64,000 nucleotides of DNA from NCBI GenBank assembly GCA_964247025.1, contig CAXTSM010000016.1:8976-72975 (forward strand). Reading direction: 5' to 3'. Of the stretch, positions 39,940 through 49,844 are shown one piece after another. Numbering within the stretch: position 1 is the stretch's first letter; each line of letters starts with the position of its first letter. The notes beneath the pieces are model-generated. The model was given only the letters and a program-made list of their open reading frames with translations, made no database searches and was not told the origin of the DNA. A program made the position numbers and the translations under genes. Source of the DNA: an uncultured Chthoniobacterales bacterium (GTDB lineage: Bacteria; Verrucomicrobiota; Verrucomicrobiia; Chthoniobacterales; JAATET01).

Positions 39940-40332
39940 TTAAAGTTGCTGTTGAAGGAGTTGGAGGCGGTTGGAAACGGAGCCGTCCCAGACGTCGCTG
40001 CCAACCTTGATGCGGAGTCCGCCGAGGAGGGCGGGGTTCGTGAGGTGTTCGATCGTGAGATCGGCGCCGAAGCGGGCGCGGAGTTCGGCGTCGAGGTGGC
40101 TGACGCCGGCATCGTCGAGCGCCGCGGCGCTTTCGACGACCGCGTGGCGGCGCTGGAGCTCGAGGCGGAGCAGGCGGGCGAATTCCTTGAGGATGCCGAC
40201 GTAGCTGCGCGGCTTCTCCGCGATGAGCCGGTCGGAATATTCCGCGACCTTGCCCGCGTCGATCCGGCCGTCCGCGACGCTTGCCTGGAAAAGCAATCGG
40301 GCGGTGCGACGGGCTTCCTTGCTGATCTTCAT
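39940..40332 (-). CDS. atpH: F0F1 ATP synthase subunit delta (OSCP), unusually short
   Basis: The C-terminal ...LLGGLRIKVGSDVWDGSVSNRL is the OSCP signature region. It occupies the position between atpF and atpA. Only 130 aa. Confidence 0.85.
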   Translation of the reverse strand: MKISKEARRTARLLFQASVADGRIDAGKVAEYSDRLIAEKPRSYVGILKEFARLLRLELQRRHAVVESAAALDDAGVSHLDAELRARFGADLTIEHLTNPALLGGLRIKVGSDVWDGSVSNRLQLLQQQL

Positions 40333-40343
40333 GCGGCCGGTTC

Positions 40344-40853
40344 CTAGGAGGCGAGCTGCGCGGTGGTCTCGTCGTTGAGGCGCTTCTGGTCCTCGGGCGT
40401 GAGCACCTTGCCGGTGACCTTCGCCGTCGTGTTTACCACGAGATGGACGAGCTGGGACTTCACTTCGGCGTTCATGCGATTGCGCTCGATCTCGATGTCC
40501 TGCCGGGCGCGGACGAGGATTTCCTCCGCCTCGCGGATGGCGTCCTGCGCCTTTTTTTCCTTCAACGCGTCGCCGCTCTTGCGGGCTTCCTCGATGAGCT
40601 TCTGGGCCTCGAGGTTCGCCTTGTGGGTGACCTCTTCGTAGTGCTTCTCGGCGTCGGCCAGCTGCTGCTTGATCTTTTCGGCGTTGGCCTGGCCTTCCTC
40701 GATGCGGCGGCGGCGTTCCTCGAGCACCTTGATGATCGGCCCGAAGGCGAACTTCAGCAGCGTGAAATACAGCGTGAGAAAAATGATGATCTGCGCGATC
40801 AGCTTCGGCCAGCTGACGCCGAACTGAGTGAGCAGGGAATGAAGTTGGTCCAT
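40344..40853 (-). CDS. atpF: F0F1 ATP synthase subunit b
   Basis: N-terminal TM helix (LIAQIIIFLTLYFTLLKFAFGPI), then a long charged helix. Confidence 0.9.
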   Translation of the reverse strand: MDQLHSLLTQFGVSWPKLIAQIIIFLTLYFTLLKFAFGPIIKVLEERRRRIEEGQANAEKIKQQLADAEKHYEEVTHKANLEAQKLIEEARKSGDALKEKKAQDAIREAEEILVRARQDIEIERNRMNAEVKSQLVHLVVNTTAKVTGKVLTPEDQKRLNDETTAQLAS

Positions 40854-40920
40854 GGCTTGGCTTGGTGAGGTCGGCCGCCGCGCGGGATGAGCCGGGCGGC
40901 GGCGCGGGGAATTGGCGGGG

Positions 40921-41181
40921 TTACTTGCCCTGGAAGGCGAACACGAGACCGAAGATGCCCATCGCCTCGGCGAGCGCCGTGAAGATGATGGCCATGGTCA
41001 ACGCCCGGCCGAACGAGCCGGGATTGCGGCCGACGGCCTCGGTGGCGCGGGCACCGATGAGGCCGATGCCGATGGCGGCGCCGGCGCCGGCGATGCCGAA
41101 CGTGAAGTTGCCGGTGAGGCCGGTGGCGGCGACGGTTTCCGCGGCCGTGGTGGCGGCCTGGGCGAGAAGAAGGGTGGTCAT
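40921..41181 (-). CDS. atpE: F0F1 ATP synthase subunit c
   Basis: 86 aa. GIAGAGAAIGIGLIG hairpin helix 1, RNP loop, and helix 2 with the carboxylate (...FTALAEAMGIFGLV). ATG 41181 is chosen over the ORF-track extension. Confidence 0.9.
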   Translation of the reverse strand: MTTLLLAQAATTAAETVAATGLTGNFTFGIAGAGAAIGIGLIGARATEAVGRNPGSFGRALTMAIIFTALAEAMGIFGLVFAFQGK

Positions 41182-41256
41182 TTCGATTTGGGGCTTTGGT
41201 TTGTGGTGGCTGTCCCGCCGTCCGCGTCCTGCACGGTCCCGGCGGGGCAAAGGGTC

Positions 41257-42138
41257 CTAGTGCGCGGCGTCCTCCTCGTGGCTCGTCGAGAGCTGGATGT
41301 AGACCGCGGTCAAAAGCGTGAAGACGAGCGCCTGGAGCAGGCCGACCATGAGCTCGAGGAAGGAAAACGGGAGCGGAATCAGCACGCTGGAGATCGTGGC
41401 GAGCCAAGGCGGCCAATGGAATTCGTGGCCGAGGCCCATCATCATGCCGATGAGATTTTCGCCGGCGAAGATGTTGCCGTAAAGGCGCAGCGGCAGGGAA
41501 AGCGCGCGGGTGCCGATGGAGACGAGCTCGAGGAAACCGACGAAGAAAAACACGACGGCGAGCACGGCGCCGAGCAGGCCGGTCATGCCGCCCTTGGGAC
41601 CGAACGTGTGCTTGAGGAAGCCCCACGGGCCCACCTCCTGCATCGTCCAGACGAACCACAGGCCCATGGAAACGATCGTCAACGCGAGCGTGAGATTCAG
41701 ATCGGAAGTCGCGGGGCGGATCAGCGGGAACTCCGGCTCGCCCGCGATCGAGCGAAGCGGCCCGAGGGTCTGGCCTTCGCCGACCCAGCCGATGGAACCG
41801 ACGCCCGGCAGGAGGCTGCACCAGTTCGCGACGAGGATGTAGATGAAGAGCGTCGCGAGCAGGCCGAAGCTGCGGGCGATCATGTGCCGGCCGACGATGC
41901 CCTCCATCGCGTTGTAGAGGCCCTCGACGAAGGACTCGAAAAGGTTTTGCGCGCCCGAGGGGACGATCTGGATGTTCCGCACGGCCTTCCGCGCGAACCA
42001 CACGATGCCGAGGGCGACGAGCGCCGAGACGAACACGGAATTCGTCAACCACGCGAGGAAGCTGGTGTTCGGCGATGCGCTGAACACCGACGGCGCTCCC
42101 ATGGGGACGGCTTCGGCGAAAAAGAGACAAATATTCAT
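41257..42138 (-). CDS. atpB: F0F1 ATP synthase subunit a
   Basis: ...LSLPLRLYGNIFAGE... (essential Arg), multi-TM. The start is tentative (ATG 42138; alternatives 42165 and 42102). Confidence 0.9.
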   Translation of the reverse strand: MNICLFFAEAVPMGAPSVFSASPNTSFLAWLTNSVFVSALVALGIVWFARKAVRNIQIVPSGAQNLFESFVEGLYNAMEGIVGRHMIARSFGLLATLFIYILVANWCSLLPGVGSIGWVGEGQTLGPLRSIAGEPEFPLIRPATSDLNLTLALTIVSMGLWFVWTMQEVGPWGFLKHTFGPKGGMTGLLGAVLAVVFFFVGFLELVSIGTRALSLPLRLYGNIFAGENLIGMMMGLGHEFHWPPWLATISSVLIPLPFSFLELMVGLLQALVFTLLTAVYIQLSTSHEEDAAH

Positions 42139-42275
42139 CGGTCGGAATGGAGGCTTCCCCGCCAAAGGCGACCCGGCCGCGGGACAAAATCGTCGACGGG
42201 AAATGGGGCGACGCCGAACGGGGAGAGCGCGTCGGGGAGGAAAATGAATCCGCCCGCGCGAGCTGACAAGTCCTA

Positions 42276-42295
42276 TTTGTGAAAAATTTCACAAA
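42276..42295. promoter_or_regulatory. CRP/FNR-family-type operator, TGTGA-N6-TCACA
   Basis: TTTGTGAAAAATTTCACAAA has 9+9 nt perfect inverted arms in an AT-rich patch. It lies 138 nt upstream of atpB (minus) and 75 nt upstream of the GT2 gene (plus). Confidence 0.6.
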
Positions 42296-42369
42296 GTCCC
42301 CGCGGCCGCGGTCCGGCCCGCGTTAAAACCATTGTCTCGCCCTCGCGCAGCCATTATCGGTGCAAGGGA

Positions 42370-43317
42370 ATGCTGTCCGTCATTATCCCGATTTACAACG
42401 AACGCGAGACGATCCGCCCGCTGTTCGAAAAGACCGCGGAGGTGCTCGAGACGATCGGGCAGCCGTGGGAGATCCTCTTCATCAACGACGGGAGCCACGA
42501 CGGCAGCGAGGAGGAACTCGACGCCGTGGCGAGGGAAAACCCCGCGGCGAAAGTGCTGCATTTCCGCCGGAATTTCGGCCAGACCGCGGCCATGATGGCG
42601 GGCTTCGACCACGCCCGCGGCGACATCATCGTCCCGATGGACGGCGACTACCAGAACGACCCCGCGGACATTCCGAAGATGCTGGCGAAGCTTGACGAGG
42701 GCTTCGACGTCGTCTCCGGCTGGCGCCGCGACCGGCAGGACAACGCCATCAAGCGCAACTTCCCCAGCATCATGGCGAACAAGCTCATCTCGTTCGTCTC
42801 GGGCGTGAAGCTCCAGGACTTCGGCTGCTCGTTGAAGGCCTACCGCCGCGACGTGATCGAGGGCGTGCGCCTCTACGGCGAGATGCATCGCTTCCTGCCC
42901 GTTTACACGAGCTGGCACGGCGCCCGCATCACCGAGGTGACGGTCGGCCATTTCGCGCGGCGCGCGGGCAAGTCGAAATACGGCCTCGAGCGCGTCCTGA
43001 AGGTCCTGCTCGACCTGATGGTCGTGAAATTCCTCGACCGCCACGCGCAGAAGCCGATGTACGTCTTCGGCCTGTGCGGCGCGCTCATGTTCGCCGTCTC
43101 CGCCGGCTTCGCGCTCTGGGCGCTGACCCTGTATTTCTTCGCCGGCAAGCCCTTCATCACCACGCCGCTGCCGCTCATGACGGTCTTCACGTTCATGACC
43201 GGCGTCATCTGCTTCCTCCTCGGGCTGCTCGCGGAAATGATCACCCGCACCTTCTACGAATCGCAGGGCAAACGCATCTACCTCGTGCGGGAAGCCCGAA
43301 ACCTCGCGGCGGAATGA
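42370..43317 (+). CDS. family 2 glycosyltransferase, polyprenol-phosphate sugar transferase type (ArnC/DPM1-like)
   Basis: LSVIIPIYNE..., ...NDGSHDGS..., ...PMDGDYQNDP..., and two C-terminal TM helices. Confidence 0.88.
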   Translation: MLSVIIPIYNERETIRPLFEKTAEVLETIGQPWEILFINDGSHDGSEEELDAVARENPAAKVLHFRRNFGQTAAMMAGFDHARGDIIVPMDGDYQNDPADIPKMLAKLDEGFDVVSGWRRDRQDNAIKRNFPSIMANKLISFVSGVKLQDFGCSLKAYRRDVIEGVRLYGEMHRFLPVYTSWHGARITEVTVGHFARRAGKSKYGLERVLKVLLDLMVVKFLDRHAQKPMYVFGLCGALMFAVSAGFALWALTLYFFAGKPFITTPLPLMTVFTFMTGVICFLLGLLAEMITRTFYESQGKRIYLVREARNLAAE

Positions 43318-43417
43318 AGGCGGTTTTGAATCTGGAAAACAGGAAGCCAGGAACGGCAGGGCCTCTTGGATTTTCCTGGCTTCCTGGTTTCCAGATTCCC
43401 GAGTCCTTCCCGCTTCC

Positions 43418-45256
43418 ATGTGCGGAATAGCCGGGTTCGTGGGGCGCGGGGAACGCGCCGACCTCGCGCGCATGACCGGCGCCATCGCCCACCGCGGTCC
43501 GGATGCGGACGGTCATTGGATCGAGGGATCGACCGGCGTCCACCTCGGGCACCGGCGGCTTTCCATCGTCGATCTCGCCGGCGGCGCGCAGCCGATGTGG
43601 ACCGCGGACGACGCGATCGGCGTCGTCTTCAACGGCGAAATCTACAACCACGCCGAGCTCCGCGAGCAGCTCGAGGCCCGCGGCTGCGCCTTCCGGACCG
43701 ACCACTCCGACACCGAGGTCCTGCTCCACGCCTACCGCGAATGGGGCGACGACTTCGTCTCCCGCCTCGACGGCATGTGGGCCTTCGCCATTTACGACCG
43801 CCCGCATCGACGCGTCTTCATCAGCCGCGACCGCTTCGGCAAAAAGCCGCTCTACTGGTTCCACGAAGCCGGCGTCTTCGCGTTCGGCTCCGAGCTCACC
43901 GCGCTCCTCGCCCACCCCGCCTGCCCTCGCTCCGTCTCGCCGGCCGCGCTCCGCAAATATTTCGCCTACGCGCTCATCCCCGCGCCGCACGCGATCCTCG
44001 ACCGCGTCTGGAAGCTGCCCGCCGGCCACAACCTCGTCTTCGACCTCCGCGCAGCGTCGCCGCGCGTCGTGACATACTGGGACTTCGTGCTCGCGCCCGC
44101 CGAGCCGGCGAAATCCGACGACGCGCTCGCCGACGAGTTGCTCGCCACGATCGATCGCGCCGTCCAGCGCCGGCTCATGGCCGACGTGCCGCTCGGCATC
44201 TTTCTCAGCGGCGGCGTCGACTCCTCGCTCGTCGCCGCGCTCGCCGCGCGCCACGTGGATCCCGGCGCGCTCCGCACCTTCAGCATCGGCTTCACCGAGG
44301 CGTCGTTCGACGAGCTTGCCTGGGCCAACCAGGTCGCCGGCCTCCTCGGCACGAACCATCGCACGGAAGTCCTCGACCTCGACCGCGCGCTCGAAGTCCT
44401 GCCCGATATTTTTGCCCGACTCGACGAGCCGCAGGGCGACGGCTCGCTGCTCCCGACATGGCTGCTCAGCCGCTTCACGCGGCGCCACGTCACGGTCGCG
44501 CTCGGCGGCGACGGCGGCGACGAGCTCTTCGCCGGCTACGATCCCTTTCTCGCGCTGCGTAAGGCCCAGGCCTACGCGAGACTCGTGCCCCGCCCGATGC
44601 ACCTCGCGATCCGCCTGCTCGCCCAGCGCCTGCCGGTCTCGCCCGCGAACCTCAGCCTCGACTTCAAGATCAAGCGCACGCTGCGCGGCCTCGGCCACCC
44701 CGCCGCCCGGTGGAATCCAGCCTGGCTCGGCGCGCTCGAGCCGGCCGAGATCGCGGATTTTCTCGGCGGCGACGGCGAGCCCGAGGAGCTCTACCGCGAG
44801 GCGATCGAGCTGTGGGATTCCTGCCCGCAGCGCGACGTCGTCGACCGCACGCTGCAGTTCTACACGAAGATCTACCTGCCCGACGGCATCCTCGCGAAGG
44901 TCGACCGCGCGAGCATGATGCACGGCCTCGAGGTCCGCGCCCCCCTGCTCGATCTCGAGGTCGCCGACTTCGCCCGCCGCCTGCCGCACCATTACAAGCT
45001 GCGCGGCCCCACGACCAAATATCTGCTCAAGCTCGCCGCCTCGCGCGTGCTGCCCGCGGACGTCGTCCATCGCAGGAAAAAAGGCTTCGGCTCGCCTCTC
45101 GGCCCGTGGTTTCGCGGCGGCCGCCTGGCGCCATCCTCGCCCGATGCCTTCACGCGGGGCCGCCTCGCCGCGCATCGCGCCGGCCGCGGCGACGAGCGGC
45201 TGTTCCTGTGGTGTCAACTCGTCTTCGAAGAATGGAAAAAGCGGCGCCTGCCATGA
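43418..45256 (+). CDS. asnB: asparagine synthase (glutamine-hydrolysing) family amidotransferase
   Basis: N-terminal MCGIAG (Ntn Cys) and the PP-loop FLSGGVDSS. 612 aa. Confidence 0.92.
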   Translation: MCGIAGFVGRGERADLARMTGAIAHRGPDADGHWIEGSTGVHLGHRRLSIVDLAGGAQPMWTADDAIGVVFNGEIYNHAELREQLEARGCAFRTDHSDTEVLLHAYREWGDDFVSRLDGMWAFAIYDRPHRRVFISRDRFGKKPLYWFHEAGVFAFGSELTALLAHPACPRSVSPAALRKYFAYALIPAPHAILDRVWKLPAGHNLVFDLRAASPRVVTYWDFVLAPAEPAKSDDALADELLATIDRAVQRRLMADVPLGIFLSGGVDSSLVAALAARHVDPGALRTFSIGFTEASFDELAWANQVAGLLGTNHRTEVLDLDRALEVLPDIFARLDEPQGDGSLLPTWLLSRFTRRHVTVALGGDGGDELFAGYDPFLALRKAQAYARLVPRPMHLAIRLLAQRLPVSPANLSLDFKIKRTLRGLGHPAARWNPAWLGALEPAEIADFLGGDGEPEELYREAIELWDSCPQRDVVDRTLQFYTKIYLPDGILAKVDRASMMHGLEVRAPLLDLEVADFARRLPHHYKLRGPTTKYLLKLAASRVLPADVVHRRKKGFGSPLGPWFRGGRLAPSSPDAFTRGRLAAHRAGRGDERLFLWCQLVFEEWKKRRLP

Positions 45257-46449
45257 GCGAGCCGCTCCGCATCCTCTGCCTCAACTACGAATACCCGCCC
45301 GTCGGCGGCGGCGGCGGCCGCGTCGCGCATCGCATCAACGCCGAGCTCGCGCGCCGCGGCCATGCCGTGCGCGTGCAAACCGCCGGGCTGCGCCATTTGC
45401 CGGCGCGCGAGACGGTCGACGGCGTGGAAATCTTCCGGGCCGAGTCGTTCCGCAGGAAGGAGGACACCTGCACCGTGCCCGAGATGGCGCTCTATCTCGC
45501 CACGAGCTTCCGGCCCGCCCTCCGCCTCGTGCGCGAATGGCGCCCGCACGTCATTCACGCGCATTTCGCCGTGCCTACCGGCGCGCTGGCGTGGGCCGTC
45601 TCGCGGCTCACCGGCACGCCCTACGTGCTCACCGCGCATCTCGGCGACGTGCCCGGCGGCGTGCCCGAGCAGACCGCCGGCCTCTTCCGGTTCGTCCAGC
45701 CATTCACCCGCCCGATCTGGCGGCGCGCGGCCGCGGTCACCGCCGTCAGCACGTTCGTCGCCGACCTCGCGGAGCGCGCCTACCACCGCCGCCCGGAAGT
45801 CGTGCTGAACGGCATCCCGAGCGCCCCCAATGAAGATTCCGAGCGCGGGAAAAAGGGAAAAGGGGAGGGACCCGAAACTTTCCCCTTTTCCCCTTTTCCC
45901 GCGCTCGAAACTCCCCCGCGCCTGCTCATGGTCGGCCGGCTGAGCGTGCAAAAGAACCCGTTGCTCGCGATCCGCGCGCTCGCGCTCGTTCGCGACCGGC
46001 CGTGGGAACTCCGCGTCATCGGCGACGGCCCGCTCCGCGCGGAAATGGAGCGCGAAGTCCGCGCGAACGATCTCGCGGCGCGCATCCGGTTCCTCGGCTG
46101 GCTCGACGCGCCCGCCGTCGGCCGCGCCATGTCCGACGCTGACGCGTTGCTGATTTCCTCGCGCAGCGAAGGGCTCCCGATGGCGGCGATCGAGGCGCTC
46201 TCGCACGGGCTCGCCATCGTCTCGACCCGCATCGGCGGCGTGGCCGACATCGTGGAGGACGGCGCGAACGGCCTTTTGGCCGAACCGACCGCGGAATCCT
46301 TCGCCGCCGCGCTGCGCAAAATCCTCACCGATCCCCGGGCGCTCCCCGCCATGCGCCGGGCCTCCGCCGCGCGCGCTTCCCGCTTCGATCTCCCCGTCTC
46401 CGTCGACGCCTACGAAGCGATCCTCAGGCGGCACTCACGCGCCGCGTGA
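45253..46449 (+). CDS. family 4 (GT-B) glycosyltransferase
   Basis: LRILCLNYEYPPVGGGGGRVA..., and a C-terminal E-x7-E region (SSRSEGLPMAAIEALSHGL). The ATG overlaps the asnB stop (ATGA). Confidence 0.88.
   Translation: MSEPLRILCLNYEYPPVGGGGGRVAHRINAELARRGHAVRVQTAGLRHLPARETVDGVEIFRAESFRRKEDTCTVPEMALYLATSFRPALRLVREWRPHVIHAHFAVPTGALAWAVSRLTGTPYVLTAHLGDVPGGVPEQTAGLFRFVQPFTRPIWRRAAAVTAVSTFVADLAERAYHRRPEVVLNGIPSAPNEDSERGKKGKGEGPETFPFSPFPALETPPRLLMVGRLSVQKNPLLAIRALALVRDRPWELRVIGDGPLRAEMEREVRANDLAARIRFLGWLDAPAVGRAMSDADALLISSRSEGLPMAAIEALSHGLAIVSTRIGGVADIVEDGANGLLAEPTAESFAAALRKILTDPRALPAMRRASAARASRFDLPVSVDAYEAILRRHSRAA
45841..45906. repeat. 66-nt near-perfect palindrome inside the GT4 coding sequence
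   Basis: GAGCGCGGGAAAAAGGGAAAAGGGGA...TCCCCTTTTCCCCTTTTCCCGCGCTC. 25 of the 26 outermost arm positions are Watson-Crick complementary. It is in frame and encodes ERGKKGKGEGPETFPFSPFPAL. Confidence 0.9.
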
Positions 46450-47031
46450 GCGGCGGATGAGCACGAGATTCCGCGCGTAGATGAAGAGCCCCGTGCCCTG
46501 CCCGACGACGCCGACGATGTCCCGCCGCCAGACGAAATAAACCACCAGCATCACCGCCCCGCCGAGGCTCAGCCACCAGAACGCGACCGGGATCACCGAG
46601 CGGCCCGACTTCTCGCTCGCCAGCCACTGGATGAGCATGCGGCCGGTGAACACGAGCTGCCCCAGCAACCCGAGCGTGACCCACGCCACCCCCGCCGGAC
46701 TCGTGATGTTCAGGAGCCGCTCGAACCACCCCCGCCGGCGGCGGGCCTCGTAGACGAGCTCGGAAAATTCCGCCGGCGTGAGCAGCCGGTCCGTGCCCGC
46801 GCCCGGCCGCTTCACGACGTAGCCGATCGAGCCATCCTTCAATCGCACGAGGTCCACCTCCTCGCGGGCGCCGGCCAGGCCGACCTTCAGGCTGTTTTCC
46901 GGGCCGGCGAACCGCCCGCCGTCCACCGCGCGGCCCACCCGGTCGAGATCGGCGTCCGCGCGTTTTTCGCACGCCGCCAAACCCAGCCCCGCCGCCAGCG
47001 CGGCGACGAACATCCAATTGCGACCCGTCAT
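46435..47031 (-). CDS. lipoprotein with C-terminal lipid-A-disaccharide-synthase N-terminal-like (LAB_N) membrane domain
   Basis: Lipobox LGLAAC. The C-terminal ...GLLGQLVFTGRMLIQWLASEKSGRSVIPVAFWWLSLGGAVMLVVYFVWRRD matches my memory of the LAB_N family. ATG 47031. Confidence 0.65.
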   Translation of the reverse strand: MTGRNWMFVAALAAGLGLAACEKRADADLDRVGRAVDGGRFAGPENSLKVGLAGAREEVDLVRLKDGSIGYVVKRPGAGTDRLLTPAEFSELVYEARRRRGWFERLLNITSPAGVAWVTLGLLGQLVFTGRMLIQWLASEKSGRSVIPVAFWWLSLGGAVMLVVYFVWRRDIVGVVGQGTGLFIYARNLVLIRRSRGA

Positions 47032-47041
47032 GAGCCGGCGC

Positions 47042-48962
<1,921 letters not shown>

Positions 48963-48968
48963 CGAGCC

Positions 48969-49709
48969 ATGGCGACGCTGGAAATCGAAACTCGACGGCC
49001 GACACTCGAAAATTCGATCCCCCGCCACGTCGCCGTCATCATGGACGGAAACGGCCGTTGGGCCCAGAGCCGCAGCCTGCCGCGATTGAAAGGCCACGAG
49101 CAGGGCAGCCGCGCCGTCGGCGAGTGCGTGCAGGGTTGCCTCGACGCCGGCGTCGAGTTTCTCACCCTCTACGCCTTTTCCTCCGAGAACTGGAAACGCC
49201 CCGCCGCCGAGGTCGCCGGCCTCATGCTGCTGCTCGAGCGCTTCCTCGAGCAGAAGACCACCGAAATGATCGACCAGGGCGTGCAAATGCGCGCCATCGG
49301 CCGCCTCGACGAATTACCGAAGCCCTGCCGCTCCCGCCTCCAGCGCACCCTCGACGCCACCGCCCACGGCGATCGCCTCGTCCTCACCCTCGCCCTCAGC
49401 TACAGTGGCCGCGCCGAGATCGTCGACGCTGTCCGCCGGATCGTCCGCGCCGCCCGCGCCGGCGACCTCCCCGAGGACGCCATCACCCCCGAGCTCATCA
49501 GCGAGCACCTCTACACCCGCGGCACCCCCGATCCCGACCTCCTCATCCGCACCTCCGGCGAGCTGCGCCTCTCGAACTTCCTTCTCTGGCAGCTCAGCTA
49601 CACCGAGATCCACGTCACGCCCAAGTATTGGCCCGATTTCACAAAAGCCGACTTGCTCGCCGCCCTCGAAGACTACAGTAAACGCCACCGCCGCTACGGC
49701 GGAGTCTGA
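48969..49709 (+). CDS. uppS: isoprenyl transferase (undecaprenyl diphosphate synthase)
   Basis: HVAVIMDGNGRWA..., ...FSSENWKRP..., ...RTSGELRLSNFLLWQ... Confidence 0.95.
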   Translation: MATLEIETRRPTLENSIPRHVAVIMDGNGRWAQSRSLPRLKGHEQGSRAVGECVQGCLDAGVEFLTLYAFSSENWKRPAAEVAGLMLLLERFLEQKTTEMIDQGVQMRAIGRLDELPKPCRSRLQRTLDATAHGDRLVLTLALSYSGRAEIVDAVRRIVRAARAGDLPEDAITPELISEHLYTRGTPDPDLLIRTSGELRLSNFLLWQLSYTEIHVTPKYWPDFTKADLLAALEDYSKRHRRYGGV

Positions 49710-49723
49710 CCTCCCCAAAAAAA

Positions 49724-49819
49724 AACCACCGATCTCACGGATCACCCGGATCCATTCCCGAACGGCTCCCACCCTCATCGCCTCCTTCCCCATCCGTGCC
49801 ATCCGTGAAATCCGTGGTT
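49724..49819 (+). promoter_or_regulatory. 29-nt imperfect inverted repeat made of three 9-mers, upstream of the sigma-54 activator gene
   Basis: The 3' arm is CATCCGTGC CATCCGTGA AATCCGTGGTT (49791-49819). The 5' arm (49724-49752) is its reverse complement at 23/29 positions. The spacer is 38 nt, and the 3' arm ends 25 nt before the ATG at 49845. Confidence 0.75.
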
Positions 49820-49844
49820 AACTCCCTCCTGCCTTCCTGACCCG

